Shown: positions 28,669-39,412, counted from the first letter of the stretch. The stretch is 64,000 bases of DNA from a virus (IMGVR_UViG_3300027672_001612:32001-96000); one strand, 5' to 3'. Made by a program: numbers and translations. The notes: generated by a model not told the origin, from the sequence alone.

Positions 28669-29686
28669 AGAACAAGCAGTAGACATTATTATTGAAGAGC
28701 ATAGTTTTGGCCCATGGCTAAAAGAACTAAAGCCTGAACTTCATATGCAGAAAGTAATGGTTATTGCAAGTAGTAGTATCAATATTGATTTAGTTAAGCA
28801 AGAACTTGCAAAGTGTAGGTTTGAGAACGTAGCATATTTAATAGATAGTTTTGTAGATCCTACTACACAAAGTATTCAACACGCAAACACCATGTTCAAT
28901 CAATCACAATGCGATACTATTATTGCTATAGGCGGAGGCAGTGTAATTGATTTAGCAAAAGGTATAATGTACGAACAAATAGGAAACCATGTTATTTTTA
29001 TAGCATGTCCTACAACGTATGCTGGTACAGAACTTACTAAAGGCTTTATGGTTGTTAGAGATGACTTAACCAAAAAAAGTGTATATGATATAGCAGTACA
29101 GCCAGATGTTATTCTAATTGATCCTATATTGGCACATACTTTACCACACAAAGTTAGTGAAGTAGTAGCACTCGACGCCTTAACGCATTGCTTAGAAGGA
29201 GCGACAAGCAGTCTAGCGAACCCTGTAGCTGATGGTAGTGCATTGTATGGAATACAACTAGCATTGCAACACTTACCCGGAACCATAGACGCTGACTGGC
29301 GTAAAGATATGGCTATAGTTGGGCTACTGGGCAGTAAAGCAATGGACTGTGGCTTAGGGCATATTCATACTATAACGTATGCTATTGCTAATAACACAAA
29401 CTTATCACACGGAGAGCTTAATTGCTTATTTGCTCCGTTTGTTATTGCTAAGACTATTGAGAAAGGCATAGACGAGGGCAAGGATGTTTATAAATTTGTG
29501 GACTTGGATAAAGTGTTAGCAGTTTATAAACATTACATTATAGAATGGGATCTAATAAAACGTTACACTAAAGACCATGAGCCTCGATTTATTGACCAAG
29601 CAGTTAGAGACAGCGGATACATTAGTCACCCTGTTACATTCAGACCACAAGACTTCCAAGATATATTCGACAGCATAATCGGATAG
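28658..29686 (+). CDS. Iron-containing alcohol dehydrogenase family protein
   Basis: IAIGGGSVID, PTTYAGTE, DALTHCLE, H...HG. Confidence 0.88.
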   Translation: MRFKEQAVDIIIEEHSFGPWLKELKPELHMQKVMVIASSSINIDLVKQELAKCRFENVAYLIDSFVDPTTQSIQHANTMFNQSQCDTIIAIGGGSVIDLAKGIMYEQIGNHVIFIACPTTYAGTELTKGFMVVRDDLTKKSVYDIAVQPDVILIDPILAHTLPHKVSEVVALDALTHCLEGATSSLANPVADGSALYGIQLALQHLPGTIDADWRKDMAIVGLLGSKAMDCGLGHIHTITYAIANNTNLSHGELNCLFAPFVIAKTIEKGIDEGKDVYKFVDLDKVLAVYKHYIIEWDLIKRYTKDHEPRFIDQAVRDSGYISHPVTFRPQDFQDIFDSIIG

Positions 29687-29707
29687 CCAACTAGAAAGGA
29701 AACATAG

Positions 29708-30520
29708 ATGAGAGTTTTAATATTTGGGTTACCGGGGAGTGGTAAAACATACATAGCAGAACGATTAGCCAAATGCTTTGGCGATAAAGTAGCCTGGTTC
29801 AACGCAGATAAAGTAAGAGAAGAAGCAGACGATTGGGACTTTTCGGACGAAGGTAGACATAGACAAAATCGACGAATGATTGATTTATGTAGTAATGCTG
29901 AACTAGAAGGTAAAGTTGCTATAGCAGACTTTGTAGCACCGTTTGGAAATGCTAGGAATAGATTCCAGGCAGACTACGAAATATTTGTAGACACTATTGA
30001 CGAAGGTAGATTTGAAGATACTAACAATGTTTTTGAAAGACCTACTCCAAGAAACATTACTAACTGGATTTCCTATATTGTAACCGAACAACGTGGCGAG
30101 ACTGATGTTAACATTATTGCTTATGAAATTGGACAAAGATTTATTTGGAACAATCAAGCACCCACAACTCAGATGCTAGGAAGATTTCAACCATGGCATC
30201 CAGGACACCAAGCACTATTTGATAGAGCAATGGCAAAACATGAACAAGTAGTATTGATGGTTAGGGATATGCCAACCGACGAATCTAATCCTTATCCAGC
30301 ACACGAAGTTGTAGAAAACTTACAACAAAATTTATGCAAATATGCTGGCAAAGTTAAAATTGAAGTTGTACCAAATATTTTAAATATTACATATGGTAGA
30401 GCAGTAGGATACAAGATTGAACAAGAAGTGTTCGACGATGCTACACACGATATTAGTGCTACTAAAATTCGTAAGAACAGCACCATCTGGGAATACAAGC
30501 CAAAAAGAAAGGAGACCTAA
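29708..30520 (+). CDS. APS-kinase (CysC)-like P-loop kinase fused to an HxGH nucleotidyltransferase-like domain
   Basis: GLPGSGKT, NAD.VR, FS.EGR; C-terminal GRFQPWHPGH and ISATKIR. Confidence 0.8.
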   Translation: MRVLIFGLPGSGKTYIAERLAKCFGDKVAWFNADKVREEADDWDFSDEGRHRQNRRMIDLCSNAELEGKVAIADFVAPFGNARNRFQADYEIFVDTIDEGRFEDTNNVFERPTPRNITNWISYIVTEQRGETDVNIIAYEIGQRFIWNNQAPTTQMLGRFQPWHPGHQALFDRAMAKHEQVVLMVRDMPTDESNPYPAHEVVENLQQNLCKYAGKVKIEVVPNILNITYGRAVGYKIEQEVFDDATHDISATKIRKNSTIWEYKPKRKET

Positions 30521-30531
30521 GTCTCCCTTCT
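30505..30531. terminator. Hairpin between convergent genes
   Basis: AGAAAGGAGAC-CTAA-GTCTCCCTTCT. Confidence 0.55.
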
Positions 30532-30557
30532 CGGTTTACATTTGTAAAAGCAATCCG

Positions 30558-30788
30558 TTACTTTTTAAACAAATGGTATAACACAAAAGCACCTACGAGA
30601 CCTAGCAATCCTTCCGCTGATAGTCCTTTCAGTATACCCATAACATTATCTACTACACTTATCTCGGGCCAGAATGGAATTCCCACTCCGCCGAATAATA
30701 CTTCTAGTATAATGCCTAGTGCTAAAACAGATAAACCTGTCTGTGTCAAACTGTGAGCCCAATCACCCACCTTTTTAATTATATCCAT
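30558..30788 (-). CDS. Small membrane protein
   Basis: Two hydrophobic helices; GGGAG RBS before ATG 30788; TAAATA upstream on the minus strand. Confidence 0.7.
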   Translation of the reverse strand: MDIIKKVGDWAHSLTQTGLSVLALGIILEVLFGGVGIPFWPEISVVDNVMGILKGLSAEGLLGLVGAFVLYHLFKK

Positions 30789-30911
30789 ATAATATTCTCC
30801 CAATGGCTATTATATAAGCCACTAATATTTACGCCAGTAAGATAAGGATTAACTACTGCTTTAAGTTAAATAAGTACTTTAACCCACAAAGCACTAGGAT
30901 AACTACAAAAA

Positions 30912-31469
30912 ATGTTAATAGATGAAACAGAAATCCCGGATCCAGAGAATATCGCCCTTGAAGGGTACGATGAAGCTGTTTTGAAAATATTGCATCATTT
31001 TGCTTATGACCGAGAAAATATTGCATGTGTGGAATTCGGGAGAGGCAACGGAAAATTAATTGCATGGTTCGACAGACATTGTCTAGAAACCGGTGGTAAA
31101 ACTGTTGCATTAGAAGATTGGAATCAGACTATATTTCAGGCTGATAAACAACTATATGATGATGTAGATGTGCTAGAGTGGAACGCATTTGGCGGCAATA
31201 TTCTAGAAAAACAGTTTGATTTTATATACTGTTCTCTACCTAATCAAATTCCTGGACTCAGTAATGAGATGTTCCAAGACAGACTTAACGAAGCATTTGT
31301 GAAGTTAAAAAATATGCTGAGTGAAGGTGGCATATTAGTTACTACAGACTACAATGTAATAACTATTAAAAAAGCAGTGGCACATATAGACATGCCAAGG
31401 TGGCCATACATAAACACATCCACATTAGAAGATCCAGAATACTATTTGTGTGTAATGCATAATGGATAA
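30912..31469 (+). CDS. Class I SAM-dependent methyltransferase-like protein
   Basis: VEFGRGNG motif I, FDFIY, LSEGGILVTTDY. Confidence 0.65.
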   Translation: MLIDETEIPDPENIALEGYDEAVLKILHHFAYDRENIACVEFGRGNGKLIAWFDRHCLETGGKTVALEDWNQTIFQADKQLYDDVDVLEWNAFGGNILEKQFDFIYCSLPNQIPGLSNEMFQDRLNEAFVKLKNMLSEGGILVTTDYNVITIKKAVAHIDMPRWPYINTSTLEDPEYYLCVMHNG

Positions 31470-31674
31470 CTTGGTAAGTGATTTATTAAGAGAGCCTGAG
31501 TTTAAGCCTAGTGGGTTTGTTTATAAACATATTGCTGGAGGAAATCCAGATCCTATAAGAGCAGTACAAAGTGCAGTAGACCGAATGAGGGAACTTCACG
31601 ATATAGAAGATCATCAATTCGGCCCACTGTGTGAAAAATTACTAGTTGAGCTTAATAGGCTTTGTAAATCTTAA
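31462..31674 (+). CDS. Hypothetical protein
   Basis: 70-aa coupled ORF. Confidence 0.6.
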   Translation: MDNLVSDLLREPEFKPSGFVYKHIAGGNPDPIRAVQSAVDRMRELHDIEDHQFGPLCEKLLVELNRLCKS

Positions 31675-32398
31675 GAACTTCTGCCACGGCAGGATGTCTC
31701 TCAATTTGTGTATGGTCAAATTCTACTAAACTAATTCTTTCAGACTTAATATCTTTAATCCTTTCTAAAAAGTCTTTCAATCCATTGTCAGCATAACCTC
31801 TATCATATTGATTAAGGTCACCGGTAACAATTAGTTTACTGTTATCACCGATCCTGGTCAATAGCATTTTCATTTGTTCTTGTGTAGCATTTTGCATCTC
31901 GTCTGCAAGTATAATGGCATCTTTAAACGTTCGTCCTCTCATGTATGCCAACGGTGCTACTTCTATTTTATTGTTCTCTACCAAGTACTCCATCTCCTTA
32001 GGATGATAGAACTGGTCAAAAATATCAAAGATTGGTCTGGTCCAAGGAGCCATCTTCTCTACTAATGTGCCTGGGAGAAAGCCGTGCTGTTCATCTACTG
32101 AAACTGCCGGTCTCGTTATTACAATTTTATCAACCCTACCCGCCCTGAACTCTCGTATAGCATATAATGTACTAATGAGGGTTTTACCTGTGCCGGCTGG
32201 GCCAGTTGTGAATACTATGTTGTTGTCAGGATTTGTTAACGACTCTAGAAGGTCATCCTGTTTGAAGTTTCTGGGAACTATGTTTACCTGTGTTGATCGT
32301 GATATGGTCTCTACCTGACCACCTTTAATTATTTTCAAATTATGACTCTCCCTGATTTGTGTTTTGAATTCTCGTTCTTTACGTTTCTTTCTAGACAT
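31652..32398 (-). CDS. phoH: PhoH-family ATPase
   Basis: GPAGTGKT, TRPAV, GFLPG, YMRGRT, DEMQN, GDLNQ.D, RHP. Confidence 0.95.
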   Translation of the reverse strand: MSRKKRKEREFKTQIRESHNLKIIKGGQVETISRSTQVNIVPRNFKQDDLLESLTNPDNNIVFTTGPAGTGKTLISTLYAIREFRAGRVDKIVITRPAVSVDEQHGFLPGTLVEKMAPWTRPIFDIFDQFYHPKEMEYLVENNKIEVAPLAYMRGRTFKDAIILADEMQNATQEQMKMLLTRIGDNSKLIVTGDLNQYDRGYADNGLKDFLERIKDIKSERISLVEFDHTQIERHPAVAEVLKIYKAY

Positions 32399-32599
32399 GT
32401 TATACTCCTAGTTAGCCCAGATGGATAGGCGCTTATGGCTGTGAAATTGCCATAGATTTTCCTATATGCCTGGGGGTCTGAGACTGCTATGTGTTTGGTT
32501 GTTTTTAACATACTCATAATTTACTTATCATGGTGTTCAACAAGAATAACTAATTAGTTAATGATATGATAAATACATTTATACTAGGAAAGAGGCATT

Positions 32600-33169
32600 A
32601 TGCAAACATTAAAAATTATAAACGACAACATTCGCAAGATATCCGATACAAATACGTTATTAGATATGCTTTTAGAGTTTGAAGGCGTATTAGATACATT
32701 TGATATCTATGCTTATAAAAACTGGCAGTTGGGTGAAGTTGTTAATGGACCTAAATTAGGTAGATACTTTATTGAAGTACACTTAATGTGGAAGACAGAA
32801 GAAATGCCTGATCCAGAAGCTTTACTTAGACTTAAAAAGAATGACTGTGAAGTTAAGATGTATAAAGACAAATTAACTAAGAGTAAGAAAATAACAAGCG
32901 TTGAAGACACTGAGGTGGTAACAAGAGGTAACGTGCCTAGGCGTGTTGCTAAGAAAGAAACTCACGATATATGGATAGTAGAAATTAAAATGCCACGTAG
33001 ATTCGTAGACGAGTTTAGCACAGAACAAATTGAAGCGGCAGAAGATGCCTATGTAGATATGGAAGCGATTCAAAGTGGAACGGATCAGAACTTGGAAGAG
33101 CCTACTAACATAGTAGATCCAATGGCTGAACCGGCACCTATGGGTCCTGAGGCAGGAGTTGGTCTATAA
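32600..33169 (+). CDS. Hypothetical phage protein
   Basis: 189 aa; GATAAATA and GAGG upstream. Confidence 0.75.
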   Translation: MQTLKIINDNIRKISDTNTLLDMLLEFEGVLDTFDIYAYKNWQLGEVVNGPKLGRYFIEVHLMWKTEEMPDPEALLRLKKNDCEVKMYKDKLTKSKKITSVEDTEVVTRGNVPRRVAKKETHDIWIVEIKMPRRFVDEFSTEQIEAAEDAYVDMEAIQSGTDQNLEEPTNIVDPMAEPAPMGPEAGVGL

Positions 33170-33921
33170 TGAGTTTACAACCAAAAGATTTAAAAGGCGT
33201 AGTAACTAACGAAATCAGCATTGACGAGTTTGAACCTAAGACAGGTGAGAAAGAGAATGTTGCAGTATTTGGTTTTTATGTAACTGAAAAGCAAGTAGGC
33301 GAAGACCTAGCAAACTTTTTAGAGAAAAGTTCATTTGAATTCAGAGACGTTGAAGTAACTCCTAATCCTAATCCAGATAACATGTACATGGTATTCGTTG
33401 AAGTAGATAGAGACCCTGGCATGATTGGCATGTTAAGAGAAGTTGCAAAAGATATATTAAATATTTCAGGAGAGATGGATTGGAAGGGTAAGCCACTACT
33501 AAGTGATAGCTCTTTTGATTTAGCTGATCCACAACTTGAAGGTATTGTAAAAACTACACCTGAAGAGTACGTCACTAAAGACGAGCATGAGGCTAATATG
33601 AAACAAGAAAAAGAAACTAGCATAAAAGACTTTGTGTTAGATAATACAATTGCTACAGCAGTTGAACTAACTGATAGTATTATTACTATTAGAGATGGAA
33701 AGCGAAACAAATTACAGTTTGAAGTTGTTTCATTTGGCGAAGGCAAGCCTACTTTAGAAGAAGCAGGACTTAGCGACTTAGCTATTGATTACGATTTCGA
33801 TAGACACCTTATTAAAACAATGGAAAGCATGAGAGGTAAACTAAATGTTTTACCTATTAATAGAAACGTAGTATTGCACAATCCACACACAGATCAAGTA
33901 CTAGTGGTCAAACCATGTTAA
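33169..33921 (+). CDS. Hypothetical phage protein
   Basis: 250-aa coupled ORF. Confidence 0.75.
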   Translation: MSLQPKDLKGVVTNEISIDEFEPKTGEKENVAVFGFYVTEKQVGEDLANFLEKSSFEFRDVEVTPNPNPDNMYMVFVEVDRDPGMIGMLREVAKDILNISGEMDWKGKPLLSDSSFDLADPQLEGIVKTTPEEYVTKDEHEANMKQEKETSIKDFVLDNTIATAVELTDSIITIRDGKRNKLQFEVVSFGEGKPTLEEAGLSDLAIDYDFDRHLIKTMESMRGKLNVLPINRNVVLHNPHTDQVLVVKPC

Positions 33922-34328
33922 GTTTTCTAAAAGCATTACCGTTTATGGCAATAGTATTACTAATGGCTTACGGAGCACACACATTTATAGTAGGTGGATT
34001 AAACAAACAAGTAGACAAACTTCAACAACAAGTTGAAATGTATGTTGCACAGAACGTAGCATTGCAAACAGCGGCTGATATGAACGAAAGCACTATTAGA
34101 AGTTTAGAAGAAGGTGCCGCGAGACAGATAGAACAAATTGGCAATTTACAAGACCAATTCAACTTAGCAACAGCACAAAAGAACGAGGCATTAAGAATAT
34201 TTAATGACCATGACATAACCAAACTTGCAAAGAACAAGCCAGGCTTGATGCAACCAAGAGCAAACAAAGCCACAAAATCGGAGTTTCAAGCACTAGAAGA
34301 GTTAAGTACTGATACAAATGAAAAATAA
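33915..34328 (+). CDS. Putative inner-membrane spanin (Rz-like)
   Basis: N-terminal TM followed by coiled coil; overlaps a lipoprotein gene. Confidence 0.65.
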   Translation: MLSFLKALPFMAIVLLMAYGAHTFIVGGLNKQVDKLQQQVEMYVAQNVALQTAADMNESTIRSLEEGAARQIEQIGNLQDQFNLATAQKNEALRIFNDHDITKLAKNKPGLMQPRANKATKSEFQALEELSTDTNEK

Positions 34329-35022
34329 CACATCACTTACAGCATTGTTACTTGCAACAACCTTATTTTTAGGTGCATGTGCAAGTACACAACAATATCA
34401 ACCTTTACCTCCAGTTAAAGTTATTACTGAAACTGTTGAAGTAGAAATTTATGCACCACCCCTTCCACCCCAAATAGATTTACAAGACGTTGAATGGAAA
34501 GTTATTTCCAACTATCCTTGTAGACCAGCAACTGGGCAAGATGAGAAGACTGGCTTATACACATACGATAGATTCGAACGTGAAGAGTATGTTAACGAAG
34601 CAGGTGAGACTAAAACAAGATTAAAACGTGATGCAGAAAACAAACGTATTGAGCTACCAGTTATAAAAGGTCAAGAAGTGTGTGGTAACTTAGACGAACA
34701 AATTTACGAAGTTGAGAAACTACTAGACGGAGAGTTTGTAGTATTTGCATTAACTCCGAGTGGTTACCAAGCAATGGCAACTAACTTACAAGAGATTAGA
34801 AGATACGTTGCACAACAAAAAGACATTATATATTACTATAGAGAGGCAACCGCCCCTAAAGGTAAAGATGGATGGTTAGAAGAAAATAAAGAACGTCAAC
34901 AAAACGACTTGGATGCCGCGGCGGCAGACAATGAACAACCAGCTGGCCCGGCACCTAGTGTAGAAGAAACTAAAAGTGCATTCAGTTTAAAATCACTTTT
35001 ACCTGGCTTTGGTAACGACTAA
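34318..35022 (+). CDS. Lipoprotein, putative outer-membrane spanin (Rz1-like)
   Basis: Lipobox LGAC, Pro-rich linker, C-terminal helix ...IIYYYRE. Confidence 0.65.
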   Translation: MKNNTSLTALLLATTLFLGACASTQQYQPLPPVKVITETVEVEIYAPPLPPQIDLQDVEWKVISNYPCRPATGQDEKTGLYTYDRFEREEYVNEAGETKTRLKRDAENKRIELPVIKGQEVCGNLDEQIYEVEKLLDGEFVVFALTPSGYQAMATNLQEIRRYVAQQKDIIYYYREATAPKGKDGWLEENKERQQNDLDAAAADNEQPAGPAPSVEETKSAFSLKSLLPGFGND

Positions 35023-35033
35023 GAGAGACACAC

Positions 35034-35264
35034 ATGACAACATTTGAAAGATTACAGAAAGTGATCAATACAGAACTTAGTATTGATGTAGACAAAATCA
35101 AAGAAGATTCGCATTTATTTGACGATTTAAACTTTGATAGCCTAGATGCTATTGAAATGATTCTAGCTCTAGAAGGCGAGTTCGATATCGAAATACCAGA
35201 CGATGACGTTGACGATCTTAGAACAGTTCAGCAACTAATCACATTCATAAACGAAAATTCCTAA
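35034..35264 (+). CDS. acpP: Acyl carrier protein
   Basis: 76 aa, acidic; DLNFDSLDAIE...LEGEFDIEIPD. Confidence 0.92.
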   Translation: MTTFERLQKVINTELSIDVDKIKEDSHLFDDLNFDSLDAIEMILALEGEFDIEIPDDDVDDLRTVQQLITFINENS

Positions 35265-35280
35265 AACCCTTATTATTAAC

Positions 35281-35310
35281 TTGACTTAGGCGGTTCTTTT
35301 AGTGTATAAT
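35281..35310 (+). promoter_or_regulatory. Sigma70-type promoter (leaderless candidate)
   Basis: TTGACT-18-TATAAT; ATG 6 nt downstream. Confidence 0.7.
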
Positions 35311-35316
35311 ACCACT

Positions 35317-36108
35317 ATGGACTATTATGAAACTCTTGGCGTTAATCATACGACCCAACCAGATGAGATAAAGAAAGCCTACAAGAAATTGGCTAGTAAA
35401 CATCATCCGGATAAAGGTGGTGACGAAGCTGAGTTTAAAAAGATCCAAGCCGCATACGAAGTATTAAGCGACCCACAAAAGAAACAACAGTACGACAACC
35501 CAGATCCATTCGGTGGACAAAATCCTTTCCAAGGGCAAGGTAATCCATTCGGTGATATATTTGGCGATATCTTTGGTAATAGAGGACAACAGCGACAAGT
35601 CCGTAACCCAGATGGTGTGTGCGATATACACATTGATTTGCAAGAAGCATACTCTGGTGCTGAAAAACTAATAGACGTAGGCTATGCAAAGTATAAACTA
35701 ACTATACCAGCCGGCACACAGCACGGCAGTAAGTTTAAGATGCAAGGAAAAGGCCCACACCAGAATAAACAATTACCTGCAGGTGATTTAATATGCAGGA
35801 CATTTGTTCACATGCCAGGCGATTGGCAGAGAGTAGACGACTCATTGATTGTGAGAGTAGAAGTAGATTTCTTCGAAGCCATGATTGGTACAGAAGTTAG
35901 GTTCCCTCATCTAGATGGAGCAACATTAAGTGTTAAAATTCCAGCTAAAACTAGTCCGGGATCGAGACTAAGACTTAGCGGTAAGGGTATGCCAAACCCA
36001 CAAAATGGCAGGAAAGGAGATATGTATGTAAATGTTCATGTCGTTTCACCAATCATTAACGATGAACAATTACGAAAAATAAAAGAATTTTACGACCAGG
36101 AGATGTAA
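35317..36108 (+). CDS. DnaJ-family (class B/CbpA-like) co-chaperone
   Basis: [11 protein letters not shown] motif, G/F region, C-terminal domains, no Zn finger. Confidence 0.92.
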   Translation: MDYYETLGVNHTTQPDEIKKAYKKLASKHHPDKGGDEAEFKKIQAAYEVLSDPQKKQQYDNPDPFGGQNPFQGQGNPFGDIFGDIFGNRGQQRQVRNPDGVCDIHIDLQEAYSGAEKLIDVGYAKYKLTIPAGTQHGSKFKMQGKGPHQNKQLPAGDLICRTFVHMPGDWQRVDDSLIVRVEVDFFEAMIGTEVRFPHLDGATLSVKIPAKTSPGSRLRLSGKGMPNPQNGRKGDMYVNVHVVSPIINDEQLRKIKEFYDQEM

Positions 36109-36116
36109 ATAGTAGT

Positions 36117-38300
36117 ATGAGTCAATTAGATAATATTATAACATGTGCAGTAAATTACGCATCAGAACGTAACCACGAATATGTAACGTTAGAACACCTA
36201 ATGCTATGTTGCCTGGAAGACGAGGATGTTCTACAAGTACTCGATGAAATTGATGACCAACTCGACATGGAGTTAGCAAAAACAGATTTAGTTAATTACC
36301 TTGCCGATGATGCCATTAATGGATTGAAGGGTGAAATTGTATATGACGGGAAGCCTAAGAAAACAGAAGGCGTGGAACGTGTAATGCAAAGAGCATTTGC
36401 TCAAGTAATTTTTAGTTCTAGAGATCAAGTTAGTAGTATAGATTTGTTTGTTAGTATCCTTTCAGAAAACGATACACATGCCAAATATATTTGTGAGCTC
36501 AATGGTATTGATAGACTAAGTGTTGTACAAGTACTTACTGCTATGAATGGCAATGCTGGACTTAAAGAAGCAGAGGAGTTCCTTATTAACTTAAATGCCA
36601 AAGCGGCTGAGATGGAGATTGATCCATTGATTGGCAGGGCTGAGGAAGTAAGTGACGTTGTACATATTTTAGCAAGACGTAAAAAGAACAACCCATTACT
36701 AATTGGAGAGCCTGGTGTTGGTAAGACTGCTATTGCGGAAGGACTAGCATTAAAGATTGTTGAAGGGCAAGTACCTAATGCACTCAAAGACAAAGTTGTT
36801 TACAGTTTAGACATTGGTAGTTTACTTGCTGGCACAAAATATAGAGGAGACTTTGAGGAACGTATTAAAGTTGTCCTAGATAGTTTAGAAGCAGATAAGA
36901 ATGTTATTTTGTTTATTGATGAGATACATATGATTATGGGAGCCGGTAGTGCTGGCAGTAGTAACGTAGACGTTGCTAACTTGTTAAAGCCACTACTAGG
37001 TAGAGGTAAACTATTAACAATGGGTGCTACAACTAACGATGAATACAGCACACATTTTGAAAAGGATAAAGCACTATTGCGTAGGTTCCAACGTGTGGAC
37101 ATCGAGCCCACAGACGTTCCTACGACTATTGAAATTATGAAAGGGTTAAAGCCTTTCTTTGAAGAGTTTCACGGTGTTACTTATACTGATGAGTTAGTTG
37201 CAAAAAGTGTAGACTTAGCAGACCGTTATATTAAAAACAAATTCTTCCCAGACAAAGCAGTAGATGTAATTGATGCCGCCGGAGCCACAGTTAAACTTCG
37301 TGGAGAAGAGGTTGTTAATACACCAGACATTGTACATGTTATTAGTAAAATGAGTAAGATCGGTGCAGACGTTATTGACGTTGATAGTACAGAAGGTTAC
37401 AAGAGCTTAGACAAACGTATTAAAACTAAAGTGTTTGGACAAGACGAAGCAGTAGACCAAATTGTTGAAGCCATACTTGTTGCTAAAGCAGGACTTAGAG
37501 AAGAAGGACAGCCAATTGGATCGTTCTTACTTGTAGGTCCAACTGGTACAGGTAAAACTGAAACAGCAAAACAACTAGCGGCACAACTAGAAGCAAAACT
37601 AATACGTTTTGATATGAGTGAGTATCAAGAACGTCATAGTGTAAGTAAGTTGATTGGTGCTCCTCCGGGATACGTTGGACATGCTGAAGGAAAGATGGGA
37701 CAAGGACAACTACTCACATCAGTAGAAGAGAATCCTAATTGTGTACTACTATTAGATGAGGTTGAGAAAGCCGCACCTGAAGTACTACAACTATTACTAC
37801 AAGTTATGGACGATGGTAGACTAACAGGAGCAACTGGTAAGACTACAGACTTCAGTAATGTTATTATGCTAATGACTAGTAACTTAGGAGCCGCGGATGG
37901 CGAGACTAATAAAATTGGTTTCGGTGACCAAGTTAAAAAAGATACTGACACTAAAGCAATTAAGGCATTCTTTGCCCCAGAGTTTAGAAACAGATTGGAT
38001 GCAGTTATCAAGTTTAACAAACTAGGCAAGCCTGTTATTGAAAAGATTGTAGGCAGACTACAAGATGAGATTAACTTACAACTCAAGGATAAGAATATTG
38101 AAGTTGTACTTGATGCCAAGGCTATTAAATACTTTATGGATAATGGTTACAGTCCGGACATGGGTGCCAGACCGTTGAAGAGATTATTTGAAAAGGATCT
38201 CAAAAAGCCATTAAGTAAAAAAATATTATTTGAAGAATTAAAAGATGTCGTTTTAAATGTAACTGTTAAAGGTGAAGAAATTGACATCCAGCCTGCTTAA
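36117..38300 (+). CDS. clpA: ATP-dependent Clp protease ATP-binding subunit ClpA
   Basis: [10 protein letters not shown]-domain; two AAA modules ([16 protein letters not shown]); IGF loop; no M-domain. Confidence 0.92.
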   Translation: MSQLDNIITCAVNYASERNHEYVTLEHLMLCCLEDEDVLQVLDEIDDQLDMELAKTDLVNYLADDAINGLKGEIVYDGKPKKTEGVERVMQRAFAQVIFSSRDQVSSIDLFVSILSENDTHAKYICELNGIDRLSVVQVLTAMNGNAGLKEAEEFLINLNAKAAEMEIDPLIGRAEEVSDVVHILARRKKNNPLLIGEPGVGKTAIAEGLALKIVEGQVPNALKDKVVYSLDIGSLLAGTKYRGDFEERIKVVLDSLEADKNVILFIDEIHMIMGAGSAGSSNVDVANLLKPLLGRGKLLTMGATTNDEYSTHFEKDKALLRRFQRVDIEPTDVPTTIEIMKGLKPFFEEFHGVTYTDELVAKSVDLADRYIKNKFFPDKAVDVIDAAGATVKLRGEEVVNTPDIVHVISKMSKIGADVIDVDSTEGYKSLDKRIKTKVFGQDEAVDQIVEAILVAKAGLREEGQPIGSFLLVGPTGTGKTETAKQLAAQLEAKLIRFDMSEYQERHSVSKLIGAPPGYVGHAEGKMGQGQLLTSVEENPNCVLLLDEVEKAAPEVLQLLLQVMDDGRLTGATGKTTDFSNVIMLMTSNLGAADGETNKIGFGDQVKKDTDTKAIKAFFAPEFRNRLDAVIKFNKLGKPVIEKIVGRLQDEINLQLKDKNIEVVLDAKAIKYFMDNGYSPDMGARPLKRLFEKDLKKPLSKKILFEELKDVVLNVTVKGEEIDIQPA

Positions 38301-38982
38301 TATAGAACAGTTATCACGTGAGGAATACTCTCCTATACTCATAGGCTCTGATAGAATATACTATAAGAAGTATCCTTACAAAGTCAGCCTCATAGATACA
38401 AACGTTTCATACGATGTTACCAGAGCATTAGAAATGTTAGACTGGTGGGAAATAACTGGTAAGGAAAACGTAAAGTTTGTAAGTAATCTTACTAGGCATT
38501 TTTATTTTAGAGAGAAGAAGGTTTTAGATTTCTTTGTTGATTTCTTTGCAGACCAAATAAAAGATATCAAAGGACCAGTATCACAAGAACATATCGGGTT
38601 CTTACAACAAGTTAATCAGAACATGATCGACAACCAGAACCATTATCACTTCCATGGCAACGTTGAACTTATTATTAGAAACAACCTATGGCATAAAGAA
38701 TTCGATACTAAAGTAGAAGTTAGCGGAATGAAGCACCCTCCAGGACGACAATGGACTCACAACAATGGATACGGACGACCTAGCTTACCTCATGAACGAC
38801 ATGAGTTACAACAAGCAATTAAACAGAGTTGTAAAGGGATTGTAGATAAGTATAGAGACAGCCGCTGGAATTATTTTTATTGCAGTAGCAACCACATAGA
38901 CGACATAAAGATGTTTGTAAAGCTCAAACACCCTCAAGCGAGGCTTCATATCTCTAAAGCATTAGTAGAGAAAAACTTGTAA
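38272..38982 (+). CDS. Hypothetical protein
   Basis: 236-aa ORF; start uncertain. Confidence 0.65.
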   Translation: MKKLTSSLLNIEQLSREEYSPILIGSDRIYYKKYPYKVSLIDTNVSYDVTRALEMLDWWEITGKENVKFVSNLTRHFYFREKKVLDFFVDFFADQIKDIKGPVSQEHIGFLQQVNQNMIDNQNHYHFHGNVELIIRNNLWHKEFDTKVEVSGMKHPPGRQWTHNNGYGRPSLPHERHELQQAIKQSCKGIVDKYRDSRWNYFYCSSNHIDDIKMFVKLKHPQARLHISKALVEKNL

Positions 38983-38998
38983 TTGGATAAATAGTTGT

Positions 38999-39412
38999 AT
39001 GGCAATTAATAGAAAATCAGTTTTAGTACAAAGTGCAACAGCATCTACAATGAACGTGACTACTGCTAAAGTAGAAGGCGACAGTTACTATGGTTACAGC
39101 GATGGATTACACACATTTGCTGTGAAGTATAATGCATTTAAAGGTAGAGTGTATGTGCAAGCCACATTATCATTAACGCCTACAGAAGCAGACTGGTTTA
39201 GTGTACAAGTACCAGGCGGTGTAAGTGTAGCGAATGGCGGTTACAAGCAATTCCCACAAACCGGATCAGCTGGATATACTGCTTCAGAAGGGTATAATAT
39301 AATTGGTAACTTTGCTTGGCTTAGACTAAAGTTTGATAGATCCTATATAGGCGATGGAACTACATACTCCATGGATTATGGTCAAATCGATAGTGTCAGG
39401 TTATCAGCTTAA
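38999..39412 (+). CDS. Hypothetical late protein, probably virion-associated
   Basis: TAAATA 5 nt upstream; beta-rich. Confidence 0.65.
   Translation: MAINRKSVLVQSATASTMNVTTAKVEGDSYYGYSDGLHTFAVKYNAFKGRVYVQATLSLTPTEADWFSVQVPGGVSVANGGYKQFPQTGSAGYTASEGYNIIGNFAWLRLKFDRSYIGDGTTYSMDYGQIDSVRLSA

Noticed and set aside
36117-38300. ClpB or ClpC annotation
   Set aside because: No coiled-coil M-domain between the AAA modules and an IGF loop is present, consistent with ClpA
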